Shown here: piece by piece, positions 52,692-64,000 of the stretch
How positions within the stretch are numbered: position 1 is the first letter of the stretch
Layout: every line of letters begins with the position of its first letter
Source of the DNA: Glaucostegus cemiculus
Lineage: Eukaryota
Length of the DNA stretch: 64,000 nucleotides
Assembly: GCA_976551045.1 (NCBI GenBank)
Contig: CDPCPM010000011.1
Coordinates: 19,592,001 to 19,656,000 of the forward strand
Direction: 5' to 3'
Notes under the pieces: model-generated
What the model was told of the DNA's origin: nothing
Database searches by the model: none
What the model saw: the letters and a program-made list of their open reading frames with translations, nothing else
Translations under genes and position numbers: made by a program

Positions 52692-52708
52692 TGCTGCCAT
52701 CTGCTAGG
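52692..52708 (-). promoter_or_regulatory. Candidate CTCF site
   Basis: Minus strand CCTAGCAGATGGCAGCA is close to the CTCF core CCASYAGRKGGCRS. Motif match only. Confidence 0.4.
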
Positions 52709-52791
52709 GAAAGCAGTGAAAATAAGTTTAATTTTATTTTTATCCTTTTGGTTGACTTGCAGTTTTGAAATCTGATTTATTTTTTAAATAG

Positions 52792-52909
52792 CCATTGAAG
52801 CAATGAAGAATGCACACCGCCTGGAACTTGACCGTGAACTGGAAAGGATAAGGAAATCTCAAAACAGTAATGTAAATGCAGACCTTGATGAAATATGCAA
52901 ACAGCACGA
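52792..52909 (+). CDS. MPRIP: MPRIP-family coding exon
   Basis: ttttaaatag| acceptor and GA|gtaagt donor. (A)IEAMKNAHRLELDRELERIRKSQNSNVNADLDEICKQH(D). 118 nt, phase 1 to 2. Confidence 0.95.
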
Positions 52910-54435
52910 GTAAGTACAAGATGAATAGTTTTGACTAAGACAGCCCAAACTCAATCTTGGCTGTGCTTTGGCTTAGTCATTTTCCTGGAGGTTATCCATT
53001 TATAGGCATTTTCGTTCCAGATGTATCTTAAAAGTGGTACTGTAGTTCTTAAATAGTGTCAAAGAATTCATATCTATTACCTGGCTATTAGTGACATGTT
53101 GCTTAACATTGTCTTACTCTGAGACATTATTATAGAGTATATACAGAATAAAATAGGAAAGACTATTGCTTTTCACCCAATCATCTCTAATTGCACATGC
53201 TTAGTTTTGAAGCTTTTGTTAATATTTATAATACTGTGTTAGAGTTTATGATGTACTTCTATCAACGTTTAACTCTGGCTGAAGAGAAGGACCAGCAGTG
53301 GTAGAGGGCTTTATTTATGATGAAGCAGCTAACCTGGTCAGTTCATTATTTAGGTGGGTGCAGTTGATCTTTACTAATCAAAGTACTAACCAGTAACTGG
53401 TTTTCCACACTTTCTGGCAGTTGCTAAGATGCATTGCTGCTTCAGTGATAGACTTAGTTACGTTGTTGGTATGACGTTCAGTCCTCGAAGTCTGAGGCGC
53501 CCTCTTAATTAAAAAAAGATCTTACCTTTCACCTCTAAAATAGATCTGAGGAACAGAGTGCTAAAAGAATGAAGGAAAGGAAAGCTTTTTAACTAAAGGG
53601 GAGAGGCTGTTCAAAATGGGGATAAAGTAAAATAAAAGACACAATTGAATTACCATTGAAAAATCTTAAGTAAGTTATAACTAAAGTAATATTGTAAGAA
53701 TAAATTTACACCTGATGCATAAATGGATTTAAAACAGCATTGCTACACAAATTATTAGTGTACTGTCAAGATTTTAAGTTCCTCAGCAGTTTGTTTTTTG
53801 TTCCAGGTTCCATTATCTGCAGTCTCTTGTGTCACCACCGTAACTCATCTTTTGCTGTGTAATATTACACCCAATCCAAAACAAAAATTCACCTACGTTG
53901 AATTTTGATTAGTGTAATGTGAAAAATTCACATTTAAGTGGTCAGTGGGGGAATGGGAGAGAACTCTGCCTTTTCTGCAATCTCTATTGAAAGTTCATAT
54001 AGGCCAGGGTACTCAGCACAGCTGAATCAAATTTCCTCTCAGAAATTAAGAGAACATTGAAATCCAGTTTGACACCTGTAATTCAATAATAACATAGCTC
54101 AGCTTAATTTTGGGAAAGCTCATCTGATATGCAAGGTACATCTTTCAGAAAAGGTTTTTGCTGTACATTCTGCTTCCAGCTGTCCAGTCCTACCAACCCC
54201 CACTCCCCATATCACTTTTCCAACTACCCAAGCCAAATTTAAGGCAACTAAATATTTTTTATTGGAATGGAAAGGGAAGACACCCACTCATCAGAGTTGA
54301 TGACCATCTATGCAGAATGTAGTAATACAATGTAAATGTGACTCAGTACTGAAATGTAATCAATTAAAAGATTAAAGATTGAATTTATAATCTAGCAGAA
54401 CAGAAGCAATAAATTCTTTCAAATTTGTTTAACAG

Positions 54436-54595
54436 TGAGGAGTTGGCGTCATTGCATCGAGAAATAGAAGTCCTGTCTGAACAGTATTCCCAGAAATGTC
54501 TAGAAAATGCACATTTAGCTCAGGCTTTGGAAGCAGAGCGACAGGCATTAAGACAATGCCAACGTGAAAACCAGGAACTAAATGCACATAACCAG
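54436..54595 (+). CDS. MPRIP: MPRIP-family coding exon
   Basis: tttaacag| acceptor and CAG|gtatga donor. EELASLHREIEVLSEQYSQKCLENAHLAQALEAERQALRQCQRENQELNAHNQ, nearly identical to MPRIP. 160 nt, phase 2 to 0. Confidence 0.97.
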
Positions 54596-54699
54596 GTATG
54601 ATGTGTCTTACCCCTCCCCATAATACTGCAATCATGTAAGAAGAATATGCCACTGCTAAAATGCTGTGTAAAATTATATTGCTAATGTACTGGAATTGG

Positions 54700-55760
54700 G
54701 ATGTAAAAGGTTAGGAAAAGGGTGAAGCCATTTACTTCATTGAACTTGCTCTGAGATTTAATGAGTTTGTGTTTGATCTGTGACCTGACTACATAGGGTG
54801 TAAATCTATTGCCCTAAAATTAATATTTAGTTAACAAAGATATACATCTCAGATTCAGAATTAACATTTGACCTTACATTAATTACCATTTAGAGAAAAG
54901 AATTCCAAACGTCTGTCACTTCTCACATATTCTCACTCAGAATAGTTTCCTAACTTCAGTACTGAAAATCCTGACTGATATGTTTGACTCTGGTCTCTAG
55001 CCTTTAATGCAGCAATCAACGTAAGTTGATTTTCTTTGTTGGTTCCTATTATACTTTTTAAAGCCTTAATCTAATCATTCCTTGACCTTCTAAATTCCAG
55101 CATATACAACCCTAGCTTGTATCCCTCATAATTTAATTTTTAGTCTAGGTATCATTCAGATGAATCTACACAGCACTTCCTCAGGCCAATATCTCCTACA
55201 AAGAGGTGGTGCACAGAACAGCTTGGTGTTCCCCAGTTGTCATCTAACCAAGACTTTTGTATAGCTGTGAAATAATTATTACTGCTGTAGATTACAGTCT
55301 TTTAAAGGCCATCATCCAGTTTCGTTATTGGTTACTTTCTGCATCTCTCCATGAAATTTTAATGATGATGTACATGAACTCCCCCCCCACCCCACCCCCC
55401 AGGTTTCTTCAAACCTCCACAGTTTCTGATCTTACAACAGTGAGAAAGTACTTTATTCTCTCCCTTTTATGACCAAAGTACATAAATCTACATTTGCCAA
55501 CTTTGAAATCTGTTTTCCACTGTTTTGTTTTTCTGTTCACAATTTATTAATGTGGCTTGATAATTTTATGCATCGGTCTGTATGCCCATAGTTCTGTTTA
55601 TCTGCAAATAAATATACAGCTTTCCATCCCATCTTTTAAGTTACAGCCCCAAAATAGATCCTGTCAGGGCGCCACTAATCACACCCTAGCAATTTGAATA
55701 CCCGCATGCACATAATCCTAGTCTTGTCTGCCACCACTCATCCAGTTTCGTGGCCTTCAA
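54700..55760 (-). mobile_element. Decayed CR1 3'/RT fragment
   Basis: Eroded CR1 3' UTR and RT C-terminal sequence on the minus strand. Boundaries approximate. Confidence 0.55.
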
Positions 55761-57171
55761 TTTATTGACCTTCACCTAAGTTCAATGGTATCTTGGAAAC
55801 ATTGTCAGCTGCATTCTGGAAGTTGATAGGAACGAAGGCATGAGCATTTCCCCCATCAACTTCTTCAAAGGCAAAATTAAGTGAACTTTTGCTGGCAGTC
55901 TCACGTTTGAATGGTTTGGTAGCCCTTGGGGGGAGGGGAGGGGGTGGCTGGGATTGGGTGGGGGAGATAAAATGCAAGCAAATGTTTGAATCATTTTACC
56001 TTGTTTTATTGTCAATTGTTTGTAAATATTTTAAAGTGTTGCTAAATATTTTTAATTAACTCTTTATTTAAAACAATTTGAGTAATTTTAAGTGTATATG
56101 ACTATCAGAAAGTTCAAAAGATTTTGGGCTGTCAGGGCAATACTGAGGCTTGGCCTTAGCAAATACACTGCCGGAGATGTAATCATGTCATGGAGAAAGT
56201 CAGCTCATTCCTCCTCCTTGTATCCAAGAAAGGTAAGTGCATACATGTGGGCATGGCAGACAGCGTGTCCAGATACTGGACCGGGTTCTGCACATTCCAG
56301 CCCAAACAGGTTCAGCATCCTTGACTTGCCCTTTATAAATCCATGCTGGTGCTCATTGATTAACTGAAAATTTTTAACATGTTTAATCACTCCATCATTG
56401 GAAAATCTAATAATTTCCTGACGGAAGGTTAGGCTAATTGATCAGAAATTTGTTGGTTTCTTCCTCTTCCCTATCTTGAGTAATATATCCAATTCTCCAA
56501 CCTAAAGGAATGGAAAATTATAGTGACGGTATTTGCATTATTTCTCATCTGCTTCCTTTAAAATGCTAAGGTGGCAAGTGTTTGGTTCTGGGTGTTAATA
56601 GCCAATTAGTCCCTTTATTTTCTTTGTTATTGCTTTGCTTAATTGAATTTTATTCCAGATTTAATAAAATGCCCCTTAAGATAGCTGATTTTCTATGTTT
56701 TTCTACTGTAAATACTAAGTAATACTTCATTATGTCTGGTATTTTTTCCCTCAGTGCATGCATTGGGTATAGCAAAGGCTCAAGACCTTGACAGCATACA
56801 AATGTAGTGCTGAGAAACTAGCTGCATGCCAAGCCAAGCTATTCTATTCAGCTACAATGCTGACATCTGCCTGACAATGTAGAAAATTGCCCAGATATGT
56901 TCTGGCCACAAAATCCAATTGTATTAATTGCTCTTATTAGTCTGAGCTCAATCATCAGAAAATTGATGGAAGGTGTCATTGGTGCCGTTGTGAGCCATGT
57001 CCATAACTTACAATTGCTTCCTTTTGGGTTCTGCCAGAGCAACTATGCTTCTGACTTCATTCCAGCACTAATAAAATAAATTACTTTCAAAGGTGAGGGA
57101 GTATGACTGTCCTTAATGTGAAGCCACCACTTGATACATTGGTATGAAGGAAGCTCAACACAACTGGAGTG

Positions 57172-58045
57172 AACCATAGAACAATACAGCACAATTCAGG
57201 CGCTTCGCCCCCACCATGTTGTGCCAACCTTTAAACCACGCCTAAAACTAACTAACTACTTCCTCCCACATATCCCCCTATTTTAAATTCCTCCATATGC
57301 TTATCTAACAACCTCTTGAACTTGATCAACATATCAGCCTCCACCACCCCGCCCAGGGAGTGCATTCCATGCACCAATCACTCTGGCTGAAAAACCTCCC
57401 TCTATCTCCCTTGAACTTCCCACCTATAACCTTAAAGTCATGCTCTCTTGTATTGAGCATTGGTGCCCTGGGAAAGAGGCGCTGGCTGTCCACTCTTTCT
57501 CTCTCAATATTCTGTATACCTCAATCATGTCTCCCCTCATCCTCCTCCTCTCCAATGAGTAAAGCTGTAGCTCCCTTAGTCTCTCCTCATAACCCATACT
57601 CTTCAATCCAGGCAGCATCCTGGTAAATCTCCTCTGCACCCTTTCCAATCCTTCCACATCCTTCCTCTAATGTGGTGACCAGAACTGGACACAGTACTCC
57701 AAGTGTGGTCTTACCAGAGTTTTGTAGAGCTGCATCATTACCTTGCGGCTCTTAAACTCAATCCCACGTCTTACAAAAGCTAACATCCCAAAAGCCTCCT
57801 TAACTACCCTATCGAACTGTGAGGCAACTTTCAGTGATCTGTGAATCTGAACCCCCAGATCCCTCTGCTCCTCCACACTCCCCAGAATCCTGCCATTAAC
57901 CTTATACTCCGCCTTGGAGTTTATCCTTCCTCACACTTCTCCAGATTGAATTCCATCTGCCACTTCTCAGCCCAGCTCTGCATCTTATCAATATCCCTCT
58001 GTAAGCTTCGATAGCCCGCCACACAATCCACAACAGCACTGACCA
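57172..58045 (-). mobile_element. Relatively young CR1 3' fragment, same subfamily as 32051-32749
   Basis: ORFs 57667..57876 and 57424..57657 (EEQRDLGVQIHRSLKVASQ...RPHLEYCVQFWSPH; LERVQRRFTRMLPGL). Confidence 0.92.
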
Positions 58046-58489
58046 GTGAGTGGATGGAAGTAAGTGGGAAAACCTCTCCAGAGGCTGAAGTCATGTCTAA
58101 TATAAAGGCAAGTGGTTATAGTTTATGGAAGCCAATCATCTCAGCCCAAGGACAATGTTGCAGGAGTACCCCCAGGCAGTGACCAAACCCACTGATCTTC
58201 AACTGCTTCATAGGAGACCTTCACTCCATTATATCATGTCATAAGTAGAGATATTTGCTGAAGAATGAGCTCAGAGTTTGTTTCCAGATAATGAAGCAAT
58301 CTAAGCCTGTCTGTGGCATGAAGAGCAATCAGGCGTGTACTAACATTAGCATGTACCATCCTCATCATACAGGAGGTAGAATAACCATATATTTAAAACA
58401 AAAGGAATAATTTTCCCCTTGATGTTCTATGGCAATGTCATTGCTGAATCTCCTGTTATCAGTATTCTGGGATCACCATTGACCACATT

Positions 58490-58668
58490 GAAGTGGTTGA
58501 GGCAGATACATTAACAACATTTAAAACGTACTTGGACAGGTACATAGATAGGAAAGGTTTAGATGGATATGCGCCAAATGTGGGCAAATAGTGCTAGCTT
58601 AAATTGGAATCTTGGTCAGCATGGATCAGTTGGGCTGAAGGGCCTATTTCTGTGCTGTATGATTCTAT
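58490..58668 (+). mobile_element. CR1 3' UTR fragment
   Basis: gtggttgaggcagatacattaacaacatttaaa...gggctgaagggcctatttctgtgctgtatgattcta. Confidence 0.8.
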
Positions 58669-60247
58669 TACCCATATTACTATGGCTGCAAGTTAGAAGT
58701 TAGATATTTTCTGACAAGTTATTTACTTCATGAATCAGTGATGCCTTTCCACTTCGTGTCTTTCTTCAAACATAAGTAAGGACTGTGATGTATGTCTTGC
58801 CATCTGCCCTGTTATCCTTGTATTCCTTGTATTTCTCTCAGTCAACAGGATCAAGCTAGTTTTTGCATTTTTATGCATTTTATTCTAGATTGTTATATTT
58901 TAGTGCTCTGAGGCTGTATCACGGCATAGTGCCCTTTCATGCAATAAATGTAAGCTAATTTTGTTACACAAATCTATCTTGAAACAATGGCTGTATCCCC
59001 CACCCCAACTGATCCTCATATTTTGAGTTTACTGCAGATATTTTCTGTGTGATATGTAAGTCAGCCTTATGTAAACAATATAGCTGTTCTATGTTTCTCC
59101 CTTTTGACTGAAGGTTAAAATAAACATGTAAAGGGAATTACTAAGTTTAGCTGATCTATGTTGGAGCAGACGAGCCAGGATTAGTAGCCTTGCTAAAAAT
59201 CACACTTGTGAATATTAAAAACTACAAAATACTTGGGTTTGATATTCCATTGTTGAATAGCCTGTTACTTTTATTTGTGTGTAACTGTTAGTAACTTGGG
59301 TAGAGCATGCCAGTGCTCAGGGAACAAGATACGACCAAGAGTTGATGCCTTCAGGAAATGTGTGGGTGGTGGGTACTGTTGCTGACAGTCCTGTATTAGG
59401 GTAGCAGCAGCATTTTTAAATGGGAAATTGGCTCACCTGAAAGTAAGATGCAAGAGATAGGGGTAGGAGTAGGGCATGATACTTCAAACCAGCTCTGTCA
59501 TTCATCAAGATCATGATTGATCTTCTACTTCGTGCCATTTTTCTAAACTGCCCCCATATCCCTTGATTCCATTAGTATCCAGAAATCTGTCTCTGTTTTG
59601 AATGTGACCACGACTGCGTAGCCCTCCAGGATAGAGGATTACCAGAATTCACCACCTTGTTGGCCTTTTCCACCATATAATTTTACCAATTCAGGTACCT
59701 TATCTATGAAGGCCAAGTTCTAGGCAGGTCCCAAAGGCAAAAACTTTTGGATGGTACTGTCTAAGAGCCACCAACAGATGCAAAGGGTCAAGATTTGGGG
59801 ACAGTGGGGAAAATACTGTGGGATGACCACTGACTTTGAACTAAATATAAACTTGCTTCACAGCAGGGACTTCTTAGAACCACTAGTGGAATCCTTACTA
59901 ATGTATCAAGCCCTATCCACAAAAACATTGACACCGAGCTGAGCTACATCCTGGGTCTCGTCAGCTGTCAAAATAATTTCCATTTTCCAAGTGTTGCTGC
60001 TGGAGGTGGGAGTTTAGGTGGGCTGCAACAACCCCCTTTTCCACCAATTCCCTGTCTCTTTCTTTCAACTTCTTGCCACCCCTCTTGTTCTATGCCTCCT
60101 TTCCTCTTTGCTCTTTCTACTCCCATGTTTTTTTTCTGTCTCTTTCAATCCTCTTCTCTCACTTTTTGACTGGTAAAACCATGTGCTTAAAAAAACATAT
60201 TGAGCATTTACCCTTGTGTCTTAATTGAGCTTTATTGTTCCTAATAG

Positions 60248-60361
60248 GAGCTGAATAATCGTTTAGCCGCAGAGATAACACGGCTGAGGACAATGATGAC
60301 CAGTGACAATGGGGGTGATGCTCCTACTCTATCACAAGGCAAAGAAGTGTATGAACTAGAG
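60248..60361 (+). CDS. MPRIP: MPRIP-family coding exon
   Basis: ctaatag| acceptor and GAG|gtaacc donor. ELNNRLAAEITRLRTMMTSDNGGDAPTLSQGKEVYELE. 114 nt, phase 0-0. Confidence 0.96.
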
Positions 60362-61060
60362 GTAACCATACATGTTAACACTGGATATAAGCTGACCCCA
60401 GGTTTGTTCATGGTTAGGAATTTGATAATACCAGACTGCAACACTGACTAGCTCCCATTTATGAAGATCTGAGCCTTGGGATTCTCAGGTTACCTTCATT
60501 TTAAGAGTTATGTGATATTATTTTTCTTGAGTTTGGATGGAGCCAGCAGATGGTATAGTAGATCAGGACTGGCAGTGCAGGAAAGGATGGCGGAAAGAAG
60601 TCAAGCTTTGGATGAAGTGAACAGGTAGTTGAAGAGTGAAATAATTAATTTTGGAGAGCTTGGTGAACATGTGCAGGTTGTCAGTATGTAAACAAAAGAA
60701 TTCCTTCAACTTTAAATGTAGAAAAGCAAATTCGGAACCAGGCTAGAAAATTATGATGGTTAAAGGTGCACAACAATGAAAAGCATTCCATCTATGTAAC
60801 ACGAACAACAGTCTGTAGAAATTAAATTTTGAAAACGATCAAAATGAAATTTTAAGATAGAATTTCATTGATTACAATGACAAGTGCAGTCCATGTTATG
60901 TAAAGAAGAGACTCAATTTCTTTGTTACTGTAATCCGGTATGAAATAAGAAATTTTAAATCCAAGTGTAAATCTCAGTTGTAAAAGTATTCATCTTATTT
61001 TGCTTTGCAGGTTTTACTGAATATTCTGATATTTAATGTAGTTGTGTCCATTCTGTTCAG

Positions 61061-61147
61061 GTATTGCTGAGGGTCAAAGAATCAGAAATACAGTACTTAA
61101 AACAGGAAATTAATTCACTGAAAGATGAACTGCAGACTGCTCAGCGT
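61061..61147 (+). CDS. MPRIP: MPRIP-family coding exon (last one visible; the gene continues past the window)
   Basis: ctgttcag| acceptor and CGT|gtaagt donor. VLLRVKESEIQYLKQEINSLKDELQTAQR. 87 nt, phase 0-0. The expected next exon (DKKYASDKYKD...) was not found before 64000. Confidence 0.96.
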
Positions 61148-61526
61148 GTAAGTAGTCCTCAAGCTGTACCTATTCTCAATAGTAGCTTTTATTAGTTTTT
61201 ATTACAGCAAATTTTTTTACAGCGAATAATTTTAAAAATTATTTTACCCTCTTTATTTGGTGAAAAATAAGTGGTGAATGCCAACATAATTTTCAACTAT
61301 GGGGGGCTTTGCAGATACATGTGATATCCACATACAGTAGCATTTCCAGCAGCAACCTAGAGACATCAATCAGGGATTGGAGCTCTGATTCACTTACCCA
61401 CCCCCTCTTCCTAAGAAGCAATGGCAAAATAATTCCAGATACCATACCAGCTGAGAGTGGCTCACTCAGTACAGATCAGGAATATATCATGTGACAACCT
61501 ACATATCAATGAGGACATTAGGATAG

Positions 61527-61830
61527 GATATCTTTATTAGTCACATGTACATCGAAACACACAGTGAAATGCATCCTTTGCGTAGCGTGTTCTGGGGGCA
61601 GCCCATAAGTGTCGCCACGCATCCGGCACCAGCATAGTATGCCCACAACTTCCTAACATGCAAGTCTTTGGAATGTGGGAGAGTGCTCAGTTTCCTCCAG
61701 AGCACCTGGAGGAAACCCACACAGACACAGGGAGAACGTACAGACTCCTTACAGACAGCGACTGGAATTGAACCCGGGTCACTGGCACTGCAATAGCGTT
61801 ACACTAACGACTATACTAACGTGCCTGCCC
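61527..61830 (-). mobile_element. tRNA-derived V-SINE (young subfamily)
   Basis: Highly similar to 35937-36229. B-box GGTTCAATTCC on minus. Tail ends GTGACTAATAAAGATATCCTATCC. Confidence 0.9.
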
Positions 61831-63746
61831 CTACTTTTAATGAATGTCTTTAGTAAATTTGCTTCCATTCTTCAAATCATTTGTGCAGTGATATAAAAAA
61901 TATTAGCCTTTCAATGTGCAGTTCAGGTAAATGAAAAGGCAAAAGCTTTATTACTTGGTGAGGTTTTTATCCAACTGATGTTTAGTTGCTGTTCTGAGAA
62001 AGCCCTTGGGACCTTAATGTTTGCTTTTTCAAGGATGTTGGGGCAGGGGGAGAAGGAACTTGTGTGGTGCAGTGATAGTAACTTGCCTAAAGTAAAAATC
62101 ACAGTATTCGTTTTCCCACATAGTGTTCAGTGTCAGGAAAATTATAAATTCATTGGATTACATTATTAGGATTATTATCAATCAAAGGAACTGAAATAGG
62201 AAGAACATTGCATCTCCCAATTCTAATTAAGTTCGGATAGAATCTACATCTAACTTGCATACAATGTGTAATGCACAAAACCATACAAAGGAATTGTAAT
62301 TACTGAGAGGGAGCTTGCTGCAGACATAGGCTTTGAGAAAGCATGAGAATTTTGCATCATTGCGGACAGCCCCAGGCAAGCTTTGCCATTCCACGTAAAT
62401 TTCTCTTAGCACTTAAAAATAAGCCCTTGAATTGTTGATTTGTTGCCGGAGTCAGGAGTGAAGAGAATTTTGCAACGAGAGCCAGCTTCCTGGTTGACTG
62501 AAAATCTTGCTGTTTTACTCCTGCTCCCCAAGAATTCCATATTCGTCTTTAAAAAAAAAAGTCTGATTCTAAGAATGGTAAATGCTGTTTTTTACCCTCT
62601 TGACTGCTGGCTTTCATTCTCCTTCATACTTATGAATTTTGTATTTAATAAACCCTGAGACACCAGGCTGCAGAACTCAGCTTCAATGACAACTTCCGTT
62701 TGCAATTTAGGAAAAAAACAGTGCATTTTGAGGTTTGCCTGTTCCGAGAGAAACGGTATCAGTAGAAGTGGATAGAGCTTGCAAAACTTTAATGTTAACA
62801 TCTGAAACTGTGATTTCACCATTCTTTTCCAATGCTAATTTCTGTATTCATTCAAATTAAAACCTAATAGAGGTTAGAAACATTGCAAAATAAAAATTAA
62901 GTGATGAATTTGTCCAAGGTCCTCAATTCTGAACACATGCAAGAATACAAGGTGTCAGTTGTACTTGCCTCTGCTTTTTTGTTCACTCTTGTTACTGCAT
63001 TTTCCTTTTTAAGCATGTATATATATTTTTAAATGCTTATCTTGCAATAAGGTGCAATATTGGTATTGATTTCACTATTGCATCTTATTGTAATTAATTA
63101 AATTAGTGTGGAAATGGAGGGGAAAGTGCATAAAACATTAAAGAGTAACACATAAAGCAAAATATTTGAGAGCAGCCAGCAGAAAATTTCTTTTTCTAGT
63201 GTTTTGAAGTACTTGGGGAATGAGTGGTTGCTGTTGTGCTACCTGTTTAAATGCTTCAGTGGCTGGTTCTGCTTTGACAGAAGGTAAGTTAGTGCAGATG
63301 AGAGGGACCTGCACCAACAATCCACCCAGAGCTCACTAGAGTCCAAATAGTTTCTGTAAGTTGCCAGAGACCCTAGGTCAAATACAGAATTTTCCCAAGT
63401 ATATTCACCTTCATGTTCCTTCAGACTAGGCTGGCTGTCCCAGCTGTCTCTTCCTTATTCTAACATGCCTCTTTGTTTTAGCTTGCTTATTACCTCCATG
63501 TCAAGTACTAAACTTACTATTTGTTAAGCCTAATAATTGTCCTTGTACTATTTATTTAAGTCCAGTAATGGTTGCAGTTGCATATAGGAGAATGACATAT
63601 TTAGCAGTCTAGAGCAGAAACTGAATAGAGTTGCCAGTTATAAATTCACCTGCTGCAGTATGTGGTTGGGGTGAAATTAGCCTGAAAGCCTTAGAAAATG
63701 ATGACCTTGAGTGTAGATTACAACTGATTGTTGTTTGCTTGTTGCT

Positions 63747-63762
63747 TAGTGCCACCTAGTGT
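63747..63762 (-). promoter_or_regulatory. Candidate CTCF site
   Basis: Minus strand ACACTAGGTGGCACTA is one mismatch from the canonical CCACTAGGTGGCACTA. Motif match only. Confidence 0.5.
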
Positions 63763-64000
63763 CACTGAAGAAAACATCACCCGTGAATATCAGGATGAGT
63801 TGTGCTGGCTGATGGTCCAGCAGTCTGAATTCCTATCCAAAGCATTGGCTGACTGGTGCTTCACTGGACTCTCCAATAAGACCAGTGACAGAGCAATAAC
63901 TTCCTGAAGATGGTTTCAGATGCACTTTGCAGCTAGCCTTCAGCTTTGTGCCAAAGAGAATTGGCGTCTGAATAGTGACCCCATTTTACTGAATAAGTTG

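Noticed and set aside
55925-55965. G-rich tract able to form a G-quadruplex
   Set aside because: Low-complexity intronic run with no supporting context.
56100-56240. Perfect donor AAG|gtaagt at ~56232
   Set aside because: No convincing upstream acceptor giving an open phase-0 exon, and the flanking true exons join seamlessly as in MPRIP.
59930-59970. CTGACGA on the minus strand as a hammerhead ribozyme core
   Set aside because: No stem II followed by GAAA.
1-64000. CRISPR arrays, operons, endogenous viral coding genes, nested protein-coding genes
   Set aside because: No regularly spaced repeats. All remaining short ORFs are transposon remnants or low-complexity chance frames.

Overview
AT-rich eukaryotic genomic DNA, most likely from a cartilaginous fish (inferred from the HE1/V-SINE, CR1, Penelope and Rex repeat complement). 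The whole window lies inside one + strand gene of the MPRIP (myosin phosphatase Rho-interacting protein) family. Nine coding exons with canonical, phase-compatible GT-AG junctions run from the end of the second PH domain into the C-terminal coiled coil (5157 nt, 1719 codons). One is a 3720-nt symmetric giant exon (39638-43357) that follows a 35-kb intron. The 5' and 3' ends of the gene are outside the window. Introns hold nested, decayed LINEs (CR1, L2, Rex1/Babar), Penelope-like elements, tRNA-derived V-SINEs and one solo LTR. The main unexplained signals are: a 66-bp both-ends-only derivative of the LTR with its own TSD and a templated filler; a candidate alternative terminal exon with a poly(A) signal just after the giant exon; TGCATG (RBFOX) clusters around the giant exon; a candidate 12-nt microexon; and a V-SINE subfamily with an apparently Rex-type rather than CR1-type tail. 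I see no prokaryote-type system (CRISPR, operon). Homology calls come from recalled family sequences, not database searches.
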